DNA of 64,000 nt from Tubiluchus corallicola. Taxonomy: Eukaryota > Animalia > Priapulida. The translations under genes and the position numbers were made by a program. Location: positions 15,052 to 79,051 of the forward strand of contig JAQGDQ010000937.1 of NCBI GenBank assembly GCA_030141605.1, given 5' to 3'. Every line of letters starts with the position of its first letter. Position 1 is the stretch's first letter. Below the pieces are notes generated by a model. That model made no database searches and was not told the origin of the DNA. It saw nothing but the letters and a program-made list of their open reading frames with translations. Of this stretch, positions 1-14,290 are shown piece after piece.

Positions 1-399
1 TTTTTTTATCTATAACTACAACGACTTCCGCCTGTTACAAAACTTTTCCTGTAAAAATGATGCCTGTAATTCAAATGTAAAGTGACAATGGAAATTCTTT
101 TAACATTGTAGCGTCAGAATTTTTTGCAATTTGCATTTTTACAATTTTGCAACGAGCCAAAGAAATGGTAAAATAAGGACAGTAGAAACATCACCTCTTA
201 ACAAACATAGCTAAAAGTTACAAAAGTAAAATTTGAAGATACTATAGAGTTTCCTCTTTTTACAATTATACGAATCGCTCAGTGAAATTTAAGGTTCATT
301 CCTTCTACAAAGCATTTTCCTCATGAAGCTGTGGCAATACCTACACGATGCTCTTGGCGGTACTTACTCCATTTGCTTCAGTACTAACCGCCTCTGGTA

Positions 400-630
400 A
401 TCAGAGTTATACAAAATAAATGGAGCTAAAATACAACGTCTGAGCAGGATCTAAAGACTTTATTAATGAAAGTGTTGGTGGCATTGAGTCACTCCCGCTA
501 GAAGAGTAATCTTCTTCAGATACCTCTTCATCAGATGGTGTTTCATCTTCTCATTTGTCTTCTGGCAGATTCTGTAGCAAATTTGCTAGTTCGTCTGGTC
601 TTAATTTCTTTCTCTGATTCAGGTCATTCA
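400..630 (-). mobile_element. Possible decayed DNA transposase N-terminus (piggyBac-like acidic leader)
   Basis: Minus-strand NQRKKLRPDELANLLQNLPEDK*EDETPSDEEVSEEDYSSSGSDS resembles acidic N-termini of piggyBac-type transposases; in-frame stop, no catalytic motifs seen. Confidence 0.25.
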
Positions 631-1926
631 CTAGCCAATGGCTGCTCACTCACTAAATGTTAAGGTCATATGGACTCAATTTCTTTTTCTGGGTCATATC
701 ATTCCCTAGCTAATGGCTGCTCAATCACTGAATGTCAGTTCTCATTCCAAACATTTGTATTGTAATGGAAATTCTTTGCAAAGGTTTCTACTGTTTCTAC
801 AACAATTGTCTGAGAGTGACAATGCCTATAGCAATGAAAGTAACAATGACATAATAATCTTAGTGAAACAATCAATATTTAAGCTTTCAACTTGACAACG
901 CTGGCATTTCTAGGTATAACATTATAAATTTTGACCTGGTAAATACCAAGAGGGTCCAAACTGTAAATAAATGAACAATTGCTAAAAATAATCAAAAGTC
1001 TCTAAATAACAACCTGACAATTCAGATTTGTCTTTATTACGAAGAGTTAATTACTGCAAAATGTCAAATTAACAAGAAGTAATAAAGCCAGTTAATCAAA
1101 AAAAGAAAAATACTGGTGACAAATTATGTCAAGTAATAGTTCTTGTTTTTAAAGAGCAGCGTGGTCTCGTTTTAATCTGAGTTTAAAGCAATAGAAAGAT
1201 TTAGCATGAGGACATGTCACGTTTTGTTTGCTTATCGACCTTGAATAATTAAGATCGAATATATTTAAGTTCTTTAGATAAGAGCAGAAGTCAAGAAACT
1301 TTTTTTATGAGTTTAGTGATTATTTACAGGAAAAAGCAAATTACCCCTGACATGTTTTTAATACGTGACTTAACATACACCATTAAAAAACTTTAATTAG
1401 TCTTTTATATGCGACTAACTTAAGACAATTAGTCAGTTAGTGGTTTTTTTCACAGTTAATGAACTCTATTATTCACTACTATCTATATTATTTTTAAATT
1501 GTGTTTATATTTTAATCTGTTAATCTGTTTTTCATCGTATGTGTCCGCCAGTATATATATATATATATATATAAATGTATATATATAGATATAAAAATAT
1601 ATATGGAACTAAGGCGTCGTATATGTATGTATATTTATCTTATATATAATTCATTCTTGCTCAAATACATGCCAAGATTTTGTAAAAAATTCAATTGATC
1701 ATTTATCATATCTGTAATACTCACAATAATAATTATCGTATTACTTATTTTCGTACAATTTTTTATCTGTCATTGCGTAGATTTGATTTTAAAGCATTTT
1801 TAGAGTTACGAACTGCGTTTCAAAGTTTTAACCCATGGGTCAAAGGTCAACGAAACAACCAATAAATCCACCAAGCAACTTACATCTTTCAATTTATCTC
1901 ATCTCAATGAAGCATTTGACAAATGA

Positions 1927-2030
1927 GGAGAGAGTGAGAAAGAGAGAGAGAGCAAGAGAGAGAGAGAAGACAGAGACAGGGTGAGAGAACTAAGGAGAGA
2001 GAGAACAAGTGAGAGATGAAGGGTAAGAAG
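1927..2030. repeat. Degenerate (GA)n tract
   Basis: Purine-rich GA run. Confidence 0.85.
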
Positions 2031-2629
2031 GAGGTTACAAAATAGAACTAAACAGAGGAAGAAAAATCGATGGCTTTGCAGAAAAAATAATAAAAAATTA
2101 AAAACGTAACATTTTTTGCTAAATATATTTCTAGGAACTGCATTTTCTGTGAAGCAATTTCGAACGAAAAAACATTTCCTAAAAGAAATTTTCCGGGAAA
2201 AAAATTCAACAAATTTCTTTCTGGAAAGTCTTTTTCTGGCAAATACAGGGAGACACTTTCCTGAGAAATGGACTTTTTGTTTCGTTTTGTTTCTGAAATC
2301 TGTTTTGAAATCTTATGATGTAATTGAAATTTGAAATTTAAAAACCAGAAAATTTTAGTTTCCTAACTGCCGTAAATGTCGACTAATTGCTATAGATATA
2401 GCCTGGAATGCGAAGCATTGCATTACTCAATCACTGTTTAGCGTCAGCTTTGAGATACAAAGTACTACCATGAAAGGGCATTTTTGTCTCAAATTTTAGT
2501 TTAAATGTCGACTGATTGTTATTGAATTTGAAATTTCGCTATAAAGACACATTACATTTTGTTGACTGATGTCATCTGACTTAATGAAGTCATCTGTTGG
2601 AAGGTGTATAACAAAATACGATAATTTTT

Positions 2630-3745
2630 GACTTCCAGTTTACGGAGCATTTAAAGGAAACCATGTCACGATTTTGCAATAGTCTAATATACTTCATATA
2701 TTACCGAAAACGGCATGTTTGAGTCCATGTAAAATGACATGGACAAGTGGGGATTAATCTAGGAGTAAAAACTAGGAGCAAAGATACGCTTCTCAGAGTT
2801 TATGCAAAACACAGCAAAAAGAGTGCGGCATTTTTTATCTTTTACAGCTAGATGCAAAAAACTAAAACTTTTTGACTAAAACGAATTTGTCATTATTATG
2901 TATTTTTCATGACCAATTTTTTGAAGCATGTTATGTCGATTTCCTTTTTACGTGCACAGAGGGCGTTTAAAGGAAACCATGTCACGATGTTGCTGTTGTC
3001 TAACATATTGCATATTTTTTTCACAACTTGGCATATTTGACGCCATGTAAAACGGCAACGGTTAATTGTTTGACAAAACGAACCCGGCTACTGATAGCCA
3101 GGGCATCATTAATTTTTTTTGTTGGAGCAATGGCCCTCAAAGTCGTCCCTTTTCCTATGCTTTAAGTATAGTGTATTGACTTCTCTATACTTTAATTATG
3201 GAAGGAAAGGGTTTGGAAAAACGACTGTAGCATCTTAGCACTGTACCGGTAGCAGCTACGTGGCATTTGGTTAGATAAGGAATTGACGGGTCTATCACCA
3301 GGTGGTACAGCGCTACGAGGTGGCGCTTCAGCAACAGAAGAGTAAACTTTTTGAAATGTTTTTATTAATTTTACAAAATTTGGGCCATCGTAGGCCTAAC
3401 GGCAAGTAGGACTAGTAGCCCAAGGCAATGTCTATGTTGAGTATTAGTCTCTTCATTCTAAAAAGCTTCCTTCAAGAGTTCTGGTTTCCCAAGTTTCAGA
3501 TTTCCACAAATTCATTCCACGTATTAAAGGAAAATACATATTTTTTTGCAATTTGCCAAATATCTGTAGTTTCTGATTAGACAAAAAAGAGGAAAAATCT
3601 TTAAAAACTGCATCTTTTGATGTGTGTTACGTATTTTTTTCGATTTCCTGTTTGCGTGCCCAGAGCATTTAAAGGAAAAATGTCACGATTTTGTTATAAT
3701 TTAATATTTTGTATGTTTTACTGAAATCGGCATGTTTGATGCTTG
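2630..3745 (+). repeat. Diverged repeated module ...gagc.tTTAAAGGAAA..atgtcacgattttg...ggcatgtttga
   Basis: Copies centred at TTAA 2651, 2967 and 3669, plus another at 6847; both flanks of the TTAA are conserved. Confidence 0.6.
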
Positions 3746-5096
3746 TGGCGAATATTATGATGTAAAAGTTGTTTTACCTGCAGTTGCAATAGGATGAGAT
3801 GCTTTTTGTCACCGAGTGAATCAAAGACTTCATTCAACTCCAATTGCAATATGCAATTTTAATAATCATCGTGATTGTCTATGCAGGTGTGAATTAGTTT
3901 TGTGGATTTTAAACATTTTAACAAAACAGCATTGCAATTTGCCAGCCTGGTGGTGGCGGTTTGCCAAATTCTGGGGTTTGACAGACAAGTAGTGATGGAC
4001 TTTTAAACTGGAACAATGCACACTGTTCAGTTAACGTATTGTATTTGCTAGATTTGTTGTATTTTAACCAATTAATAATAATGGAATAATAATAACTTCT
4101 TAATAAGCATGTAAACATGATAACTCAAATGATCAGTTTTTCAAATGGACATTTACCCCAAATTTTTACTTTTCTCAAATTCGTTTGACTTCTCGTGATG
4201 ATAGTGAGTTCTACGCTTTTCAAAGAATTATAATTTTTGAAATTCTATGGCGCTAGTTCCTTAGCATGCTTTGCACCAAAATAAAAAAAAACAGGAATTA
4301 TCCTTAATATCATAAGTTTAACAAATGCCGTAAGCAAAATCTGAAAGACGTCTAACACTCAATGCAGAACTCATTTTTAGTAGGAAACATTCCAAATCTT
4401 CTTAAGCAGACCACTTTAGACACGATGAATACGAAGGATGTCAGATAATTTTAGTGATAATTTCACTAAATCCTCTTAATCAAACCACTTGAGACGTGAT
4501 ATGTACTTTATAATCAAAGAACGTCTGATCATTTTAAAGATAAATCTGAAATCCCACTTGAGACGCCCATATTAAAACTTACAAAGATCAGCTTTTCAAC
4601 ATTTGTATAAAAACTCCCCGCTGATCGCAATTGCTGATAATTATAATCCGGATCCGAGGAATTATCCTAAAATTATTTCAGTCACGTGTAAATGGGTTGC
4701 AATAACAAACTTTAAAGATCTTTTCATAACATTCAAAGAGCAACTATAATTTTCAAGAGCTTGTGATAATTATAATATAATCCAGGGAAGCAATGCCGGG
4801 AATTTTCCCAGGAACAGTAAGAGTGGCACATAAATGTGTGGGCAATGAACAACCTTGATCAGGTTTTCATAATATACAAATCCATTCTAATTTTTAATAA
4901 ATTCCACCAGGCTGCATAATGATTTCACTCTAAATGATCGTAATTAAACCTGCCTGATAAACACAGGGAGACCAAATTAATTATGATATGTGAAGAGGTT
5001 TAAATCCTTTCAGTTTTATCAAATTTTGTGCCATAAACCTCAGCTCCTTATTTCAATCATAACTTTAACATTCATTTGAAAAACTTTGCAAACAAT

Positions 5097-5298
5097 TCAG
5101 AAGCTATCTGTTATATTTTATACAACATTTTACAAATCAGAAGCTATCTGTTATATTTTATTCAACATTTTACAAATCAGAAGCTATCTGTTATATTTTA
5201 TTCAACATTTTACAAATCAGAAGCTATCTGTTATATTTTATTCAATATTTTACAAATCAGAAGCTATCTGTTATATTTTATTCAACATTTTACAAATC
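5097..5298. repeat. 40-bp tandem repeat x5
   Basis: Unit tcagaagctatctgttatattttattcaacattttacaaa. Confidence 0.95.
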
Positions 5299-6207
5299 TT
5301 TTGAAGAAAACCACTAGAGACACATTACCAACAACGGAGGTCAGAAAAAGTTGATGGTAATTTTAGTAAATTTATCAAAACCTCTGATGGCAGTCTATTT
5401 GTCTGCATTATTTACAAAGAATGTCTGATCGTTTTGCTGATAACTCCATCATATCCTCTCTGCAGGCCACTTGAGGCAGAGTGGATGCTTAAAGAATGTC
5501 AGATAAATTTAATGATAATATCCTACGATGCAAACCACTTGAGACGTTCCTTACAAAACACAAAGAGCAGCTGTAATTTTCACATCAAAAGCTTAAAACT
5601 GATTGAAATTGCTGATAAGTATAAACCAATTTTCTAAATAGACTGGAGGAATTTTCTCAGGTGAATTACTCTGCAATGTATTGATAATAGAAGCGTCTTT
5701 GTGTGTTATGAAAAACTGTTCAAGGTTGGTCATTGCTCAGCGTTCATCCAGACAAACTACCCGGCATAATCCTGGGAAAGTTTCTCGCATCAGTTTACAA
5801 AGCCAGATCAAAATTAAACGTAATTTCAATCATTTTATAATCGGTGCACTTTATTGATAATAGAATAATGATATTTGTGCAGTTTTTGCGCAATCTTTGC
5901 GCAGCTTTTGCCTGATCTTTGCACAGTTTTTGCGCAATCTTTGCGCAGTTTTCGTATGTTTTTGTTTCAGAAAACCTTTGTATGTAACTCACAAAGAGCA
6001 GCTATAATTTTCAGTAATTCACTTGGACAACATAATAATGATTGAATTCAATGATAATTGTAATCCCTCATTTTATTTTCATATTGCGCAAAGAGCAATT
6101 CAGAAATGTAACACAGGGTAAATTGCATCGCTATTTTAAAGGCTGATGTTTAAGATATGAGAGAAATTTATCCACGATTGTTCACAGGGGGAGAGCGGGG
6201 GTGGCAC

Positions 6208-6224
6208 ACGTGTGTGTGTGTGTG

Positions 6225-6262
<38 letters not shown>

Positions 6263-6280
6263 TGTGCGTGTGTGTGTGCA
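6208..6280. repeat. (GT)n microsatellite
   Basis: Direct. Confidence 0.95.
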
Positions 6281-7139
6281 TGCGCGCTCGCATGTCCTCC
6301 CAACTCATCCACAAATCTCACTAACCTGTCGCATCATCTTTTATTCACAACAAAAGGATTGTGCAACATACATGGGCGGGTTGTTGTTGCTTGAAAAAGC
6401 AGCGGGACTAAGGCTTGATGTTACATTTTATGCTCTACTTGACAAAGCTCTAAGCCCAGCTTACAACTCAATCCTTTATTTGATTCTTATTTTGCCATTT
6501 TTTGAACAGATCGTTTAAGACATTTTGACAAATCCCCTGAAGTAAACTGCATGAGGCATCTTATGTGCAAAGCTGGGCAGACAAACTTAACAGAAGTTTT
6601 ACCAAATCCTCTTAATTAAACGACTTGAGCCAAGAATGTCAGATAAATTGAAAGATCAATTTGATGAGACCCTCAGGTGGAAACTACTTTATAACACAAA
6701 TAGCAGCAAGCATTTGAAATTTTGCTATAAAGACCAGCTCAATTAACACTTGCAAAGTACGATATCCAGAGTTTGATATTTATAACAGTATAGTGTATGC
6801 CTGGGCAATAGTTCAGCTAAACTACCGGTTCACGTTCGCAGAGCGTTTAAAGGAAAAGACGTCACAATTTTGCTATAATCTAATACCGTAGGCGCGGCTA
6901 AACAGACTCACGGATAATAGACTCAGTTGCTTAATTTACTCAAAAACGCCTTTTACTGGCCGTCTCTATTTAAATAAACACAAAAATTGTCGGAAAGTGA
7001 ATAAAATGACTCAATATTTTTGCTTCTATCCTTTTGTTTGTAAGCAGGAACATTTATCATAGATTAATTATGCTAGCCTAATGTTTGCTTTGACACGCCG
7101 GTTAACTGCAATTAACTTCATTATCTAAAAATTTCTAGG

Positions 7140-8480
7140 AAGTGATCTGTCATCTTTGAAGTCCTCTGTCCTTTTGGAGAACCTCTGTCATCTTGGATGG
7201 CCTCTGTCCTCCTGGAAGTCATCCGTCCTTTTGGATGTCTTCTGTCATCTGGGAAGTCTTCTAGGAGATCCACTGACCTCTAAGAAGTCCAGTGTCCTCT
7301 TGGAAGTCCTCTGTTCTATAGAAAGTCTTCTGTCCTCTATGTAGTCCTTTAGGCAGACCTTTGTCATCTAGGAAGTCCTCTGCCCTTTTGGAAGACCTCT
7401 GTCCTCTTTGAAGTATGTTCTGTCTTTTAGGTAGCAATCGAGGAAGACCTTTGTCTTCTAAGAAGTCCCCCGGGAGGATTTTGTCCTCTTGGAAGACCTC
7501 TAGGAGATCCACTGACCTCTAAGAAGTCCTTTGTCCTCATAGAAGTCTTCTGTCTTTTAGGAAGTCTTCTAGAAAGACCTTTTGCTTCCAGAAAGTACTC
7601 TGTCATCTAGAAAGTTTTCCAGGAAGTCTGCTGTGCTATTGGCAGGAATCTGTCCTCTCTGAAGTCCTCTGATATTTTGGATGTTTTTATTCATCTTAGA
7701 AGACTTCTGTCCTCTTGGAGGTCATCTGTCCTATAGGAATGTCTTCTCACATCTGGGAAGTCCTCTAGGAGATCCTCCACTGACCTCTAAGAAGTCCTCT
7801 GTCCTCTTGGAAGTCCTTTGTCCTATTGAAAGTCGTCATCTAGACTTTTGTCTTCTAGGAAGTCCTCCATCATCTAGGAAGTCCTCTTGGAGGACGTCTG
7901 TCTTCTTGGTCATATTCTGTCCTCTATGAAGTCCTTTGGATAGACCTTTGTCATTTAGGAAGTCCTGTGTCTTCTTAGAAGTCATCTGTAGACTTCTGTT
8001 AATTAGAAAGTCCTCTGTCATCTAGCAAGTTCCCAAAGGTCTTCATAGAGGAGAGAATAATTGCAAGAGGACAAAGGACTTCCAATAGGACAGAAGACTT
8101 TTTGGAGAACTTCCTAGGTAACTGAGGACTTCAAGGAAAACAAGTGTCTTCCTAGATGTCTTGCAAGAGGACTGAGGACAGAGGACTATGTAGTCCAAGA
8201 GGACAGAAGACCTCCTGGAGGACAGAGGTCTTCCTAGATGCCAAAAGGACGGAGGACTTCCAAGAGGACAGAGGACTTGCAAAAGGGCAGGGGACTTCCA
8301 AGAGGACAGAAGTATTTCTAGTGGACTTTTTAATGGTCTTCTTAGAGGATTGAAGACTTCCAAGAGGACAATGGTAAAAGTTTCAACTAGGAAGTTCTTC
8401 AGGAGATCTTCTGCCCTAAAAGATGTCCTATGTCCTCCTGGAGGTCTTCAGTCTTCTAGGAAGTCCTCCAGGAAGACCTT
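7140..8480. repeat. Degenerate ~19-bp tandem repeat (gaagtcctctgtcctcttg) with internal inverted block ~8045-8372
   Basis: Motif gaagtcctctgtcc outside the block; its reverse complement ggacagaggacttc inside. Confidence 0.85.
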
Positions 8481-10371
8481 TTTCTTGATACAGAGTGGAG
8501 TGTTTTTAATTTTTACAACTAATTACTGTCACATTTTCACATTTTATGTCGTAGTTTAGACGTCATAGATGCGTTTTACCAGAATGCAAATTTGGGTGAC
8601 AAACGTGTTTGTTCAGGAAAATCAGCTGTAGCTCTATCATCAACATGCCACAAAATGGTCTGCGTCTACATTTTTAAAATCAAAAATACAATTCTGATCA
8701 AAATTGCTGATTATTATAATCCGCAATTTTCTTGGAATTATTTTGGTCGCTTTATGACTGGGTTGTAATGTGCAACAGTGAAGAGCTTTTCGTAGTATAA
8801 AAAAGGAACTCAGATTTGAATCATTGACAATTATAATCCAATTCAAGGCCATTTATTTTCATAAGAACATACCAGAGTCAAATAAATGTGAGTGTAATGA
8901 ACAAACCTAAACAACTTTTCACAACATACAAGTCCATTCTAGTTTTTGTAGTGCCTGCTGGTTGTATTACAATGTCAATTGAAATTATGTGCAATTAATA
9001 AACACATACGAAGTATTTTACAGTTTGAATAATAAATGGGATGTGTGAGCAAGTTTAAAGAAGTTTTACATCTTTCAAATTTTTCCAAATTCTATGGCAT
9101 AGGACACAAGTTCAGTTGACATGCTCTAAGCTAAGCACACAATGCAGGTCTTTTATTTTGACCATAACTGTAACAAAGATTAAGCAGGTCTTATTATCCT
9201 GCAATAACAATTTATTAAAGTTTATTTAGCTTCTTCAAAGGAAGAAAATATTTGGCAGTAAAATGGTCGACTTATTAAAAGATTGCGCTTAAAAAGTGAA
9301 GGAACTTTGTGTCTATTAAAAATGTTCAAACAAACATTATTGGCGCTATATTTCTAGTGCTGAAGAATTTGAGGCGGAGTTAAAAAGCTGTCATGGTGAT
9401 CAACTCCAACACGTCAGTTTATAGGCGTAACTTTCAGATGCGTGAAGACGAGACAACTCAAGCAAATCATTTGCTTTTCAGTCTTGCTATGAGCATGAGC
9501 AGCGCTCCAGGAAAAAACAGAACAGTTTTTAGTGAAGTGCAATATTGATTTTAAGTGCAAAATGTGTGATTTTGTTAAAAAAAAGTGAAAATTTTGTTGT
9601 CTGTACAAAACAATTTATTCTTTGCACTTAACCACAGAAGTAATCACGCTTTAGTCTTCTATTTTGTCTAATAAGTGGATTGTGGCTGCAAGGTGATTTA
9701 AGAATGGAAGGGTGGCATTTCATAAAACAAGTTTTAAATTAACGTTCGGCTCAGTGAAAGCGATAAATCGCCTGGCTTTTCATTGAATTTAAAGCTTCCT
9801 TAGGTTGAAAGCAGCAACTTAACTTTCAAATTTCTCACAGAAAACTGATCACGTTTCGCCATCTTGATTTAGAAATACGCGCCACTTCGTGACGTCATCG
9901 ACGTGATTCGCCTGGAATATTGCATGGAGTATGAATTTACTTTATAAATTGATGTCAGGCATCAGCAAGCTAATTCTATCTTTTTAACTGTCCTGCCTAT
10001 GTTTTATGGTGAGTGTTAATCTAATGTGCAATCATTTTAAATCAGTTACTTAATTTTATATAAATGGGTCTTGTAGTGCTGGTATCTGCCATGCAATGAT
10101 AATGTTGTTTGGATGCCTGTACGGCCTGATTACAGTTTAGGTGGTTTTTAAAGCACTCTCATTTCACCCAAATTAGAAATGTCCCTAAAAGTAGGACAGC
10201 AATAGACAGTTGCATCCTTTATCTGCACACTGATGTAAAGAAAGTTGAAACGTACCTCCTATTTATAAATTTATGATCAAACCTTTGCATTGTGCAGAAA
10301 CTGTAGTATGAAGATTATTTCTACTCTTGTGGTTCCAACTGGTCTTGATGCCTTGTAAATTGTGCCGATGT

Positions 10372-11335
10372 GGACAGGTTTGTTGGTACAGCAGGTATGA
10401 CAGGTTTGTTGGTATTGTTGGCACAGCAGGTATGAAATGTCTGTTGGTACATCAGGTATGACAGGTTTGTTGGTACAGTAGGTATGACAGGTTTGTTGGT
10501 ACAGCAGGTATGACAGGTTTGATGGTACAGCAGCTATGACAGTTATTTTGGTACAGCAGGTTTGACAAGTTTCATGGTACAGCAGGTATGATAGGTTTGT
10601 TGGTATTGTTGGTACAGCAGGTATGACAGGTTTTTTGGTACAGCAGGTATGACAGGTTTGATGGTACAGCAGGTATGACAGGTTTGTTAGTACAGCAGGT
10701 ATGACAGGTTTGTTGGTACAGCAGGTATGACAGGTTTGTTGGTATTGTTGGTACAGCAGGTATGACAGGTTTGATGGTACAGCAGGTATGACAGGTTTGT
10801 TGGTACAGCAGGTATTTCAGGTTTGATGGTACAGCATGTATGACAGGTTTGTTAGTACAGCCGGTATGACAGGTTTGTTGGTACAGCAGGTATGACTGGT
10901 TTGTTGGTATTGCTGGTACAGCAGGTATGACAGGTTTGAGGGTACAGAGGTATGACAGGTTTATTGGTACAGCAGGTATGACAGGTTTGTTGGTACAGCA
11001 GGTATGACAGGTTTGATGGTACAGCAGGTATGACAGGTTTGTTGGTATTGTTGGTACAGGAGGTATGACACGTTTGATGGTACAGCAAGCAGGTATAAGA
11101 CGTTTGTTGGTACAGCAGGTATGACAGCTTTGTTGGTGTTTTTGGTGCAGCAGGTATGACAGGTTTGTTGGTACAGCAGGTATGACAGGTTTGATGGTAC
11201 AGCAAGTATGACAGGTTTGTTGGTACAGCAGGTATGACAGGTTTGATGGTACAGCAGGTATGACAGGTTCGATGGTACAGCAGGTATGACAGGTTTGATG
11301 GTACAGAAGGTATGACAGGTATAACAGGTTTGACA
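10372..11335. repeat. 26-bp minisatellite, ~35 copies, some with 9-bp ggtattgtt insertion
   Basis: Unit ggtacagcaggtatgacaggtttgtt. Confidence 0.95.
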
Positions 11336-14175
11336 GTAGGGTGGGTATGCAGCTAGTATTTATTTTTTGTGTCAAGTTATTAATTTAGGTTGGAGGTCAC
11401 TTCTTTGGTTAATTAGATAGCTAATTAGTTAAATACAATTCTAGTTGAGTAGTTAGTTGGTCATTCAGTCAATCAACCAGTTGATCCATTAGTGAAACAG
11501 TAATTATTTTTACTAATTAAGTCAGTTGCTCTATCAATATCAAGCACTTATTCATTATTAGTTTATATTAAACTGTGATTTAGCGTTTAAATCTCCTCTT
11601 AGACTAAATTGGTGTGCAATTTTATACTGTAAGTAGCTGGATTTTTGTTGTATGTAAGTTTGTTCCATTAACTCATTATCATGATGTAACCATTTTTCAC
11701 TGTAATTGTCTCATTTCTTCATCGTTATTATTGTTTTGTAGTTTTCTTCATTTTTTCACAATTTTATTGTAAATGGTGTATTTTGTAAAATAAACTGGGG
11801 TTTGCAATAAAATTATCCAATCATATCATATCACTCTATCAGACAGTTAATAAGTTCAGTTGTCAGTAAGCATTTGTTTACTTATACACGTTATTTGCTC
11901 TCTCATTGTTTTGTCTCCTTTTTATTTATTTACCTTGGTTAACTGCTAAGCAATGATAACGTCATTACCAACTCTTCACTTCATACACCAAAACTTTACA
12001 TAGATTCTCTTCTACCATTAATGTTAGAGTTTTAAAGGACAAGAAAAGGACCTGACCTGAAGTAGGTCTTAGAAAATCAATTTAAAAATTATACTGGTTT
12101 ACAGCAATTTTGTTCTTATATCGTACTGAAAGGATTTTTTGATTGTCTTCATTTTAAATCTCCCGCAATGCTGTTCAGACAGTGCCATAACATGACGTCA
12201 CAACGTAAACGTAGCCAGTGGAAGAAAAGGCAATGTTAAATTACATGCGTGCAAATCTATGTTAGGTGCCTGCTGGAAAGACGTATGTTTCTAGAAATAA
12301 TATTTTAAAATGTTCGTGCCAATTGGTAAAATGTCTCTGGCTCATTCTCCAGGGCACTTTGCCAAAAGTCTTTTTAATCTTACTGATAAGATACAGTAAT
12401 TCAAAATTTTACTTAGCTAGTAACAGGGGTGCTATAAATGCTCTGATTATTTTTTTAAACTTTACACCATTTTACCTAAACTTGTTTCAAACGACCTACC
12501 ATCAAACAAACTGGGCCTTACAGTCATCGCAAGAGTCTAAATTTACAAGTTTTGTACAGCGTTACTGCTGATGCAGGACCTGCACGCAAAAAGGTACTAT
12601 GTATGTGGTATGAAATTTCAGGACGACTTTTTTTTTAAGTTTTATGTAAGTGGACAATTTTCTTGTGCTTTAGCTGACAGGGAAAATAATCAGTTGACTT
12701 AGTTGCCCTTCTTACACTTGTTGCATCATCTTACACATGCACAGACATTATAATAATAGTAATTGAAATGTTTTGAATGTTGAAAAAGATTTTATTCTTT
12801 AAATTGCCAATTTGTTTATTTACAGGTGATTATCAGTGGAGTTCAAAAAGTTCATGTGGCTAAAAGTCACTTTAAAACACGAAACATTTCACATATTCTG
12901 CCTACTGTGTCTCACTGCAACATTGAAAACGCCTAGTAAATCACAATTATGACAAAATTCGTCTTTTTTCTTCAACAGCTCTATGAATCTTGTGCAATGT
13001 TGTAAAAAATCAGCTGACTGTCAAATATCACAGACTTGGTGAGATTGATGACTATGTTGAGCACGTATACAGCACATTGAAGTCAATTAAAGAGGTGCGT
13101 CAACTGATATGTTTTGCAGTTTGCCATAAAGAAAGCTGGAATTGTCAGCAAAACATTTCATGTAGAAGCAGCTTTAAGAAAATTGTTAGAAGCTATAGCT
13201 GACAGTTCCGTTCCTTTGAACTTAATACACGATGAAAGAAATTATGCCATAATTATGTTGATATGCCAAGAAAATGAGAAAAAGTCCAAAACTGTTTGAA
13301 ACGGACTAAAATCAACATTCGTTCATCTTGAGAAAAAATAATCATTGTGGAGTGTCACTAATCTAAAAAAAGAAAACTGATGATTATGATTATGATTAAT
13401 TGATGTTAAGAAGCCTGCAAGAAACACTGAGTTACACTGTTGCTTCAGTGATTAGTTTAAGTCACATTGCGAGATTGAGTGAAACATCTGTAAGTATGTG
13501 TAAATGTGAAAGCTTGTAATGACAATCTTTTTTGATTTTGTATGGAACTTTGTACTTTGCATAATAACACAATATAAATTTGATGTTCAGATTTATTCAT
13601 AAAGTATGTATTGCATATCTTCAAACTGTCGCCACTTAACTGGCTTGATAAACTCGTAATTGTTTGATGAACATAATAAATTGTTTTGTACTATTACTCA
13701 TTGTTTCTGTTTTGTGGATCCTAGCAATAGAAAGTTACCTTGACTCTTCCACTTTTGGAACTCTACAAGCAGCAATCCCCTAGTCAAAAAAGACCTTCTT
13801 TCAAAATGCAGATGGATGTAGCAGACCTTTAGCTAACTTAGGCTCATGTGGACGAGCATACATCCTTGATCAATAGACTTTTCCATTGTGTTACTTTAAA
13901 AACATATTATAATAAACATATAATGATCATCATGGATCTTTTGTAAAAGTAAGTAAGTTACTGTCACTATTGCGTAATGCATACAATGAAATTTATGTGG
14001 TTTTACGTGCTGCTATATCTGGGATAGAAAGAAAATAAAGATCTTGTGGTTTTAGCGCTAATTGAGCGAAATCTACGACCAGGTGAGCATTTCATCCAGG
14101 GGAGTATTTATTACCTGGATGAAATGCATCTTTCATGATAACTTGCACCCCTATTCATACAAATATTTCATAGAT

Positions 14176-14290
14176 TGCTGTTCAATTCCAACTTTGAGGC
14201 GGACTTAGTAACTTGATCAAGAGCATTGCGATCTCCCTGCATGGTAGCGCCATACTAAACAGTGATGGATGTTGTTAAGATGCTCTCAGT
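14176..14290 (-). mobile_element. Short LINE (Rex1/Babar-like) reverse transcriptase C-terminal remnant
   Basis: Translates ESILTTSITV*YGATMQGDRNALDQVTKSASK, like ESILT.CITVWYG....DRKALQRV.K.A.K. Confidence 0.45.

Larger units (their letters stand above)
4380..6800 (+). repeat. Old complex repeat family (ccacttgaga / gaatgtcagataa / gagcagctataattttc modules)
   Basis: Internally repeated; blocks recur at ~8680-9100 and ~14690-15480 (e.g. 5720-5795 vs 14731-14805; 5995-6072 vs 15325-15402). Confidence 0.6.

Noticed and set aside
10572-11375. 267-aa Cys/Pro-rich ORF
   Set aside because: Translation of the 26-bp repeat cycling through frames
12979-13299. Two overlapping ORFs joinable by a 25-nt GT-AG micro-intron
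   Set aside because: In-frame TGA at 12984 right after the acceptor, implausibly short intron, no recognisable domain
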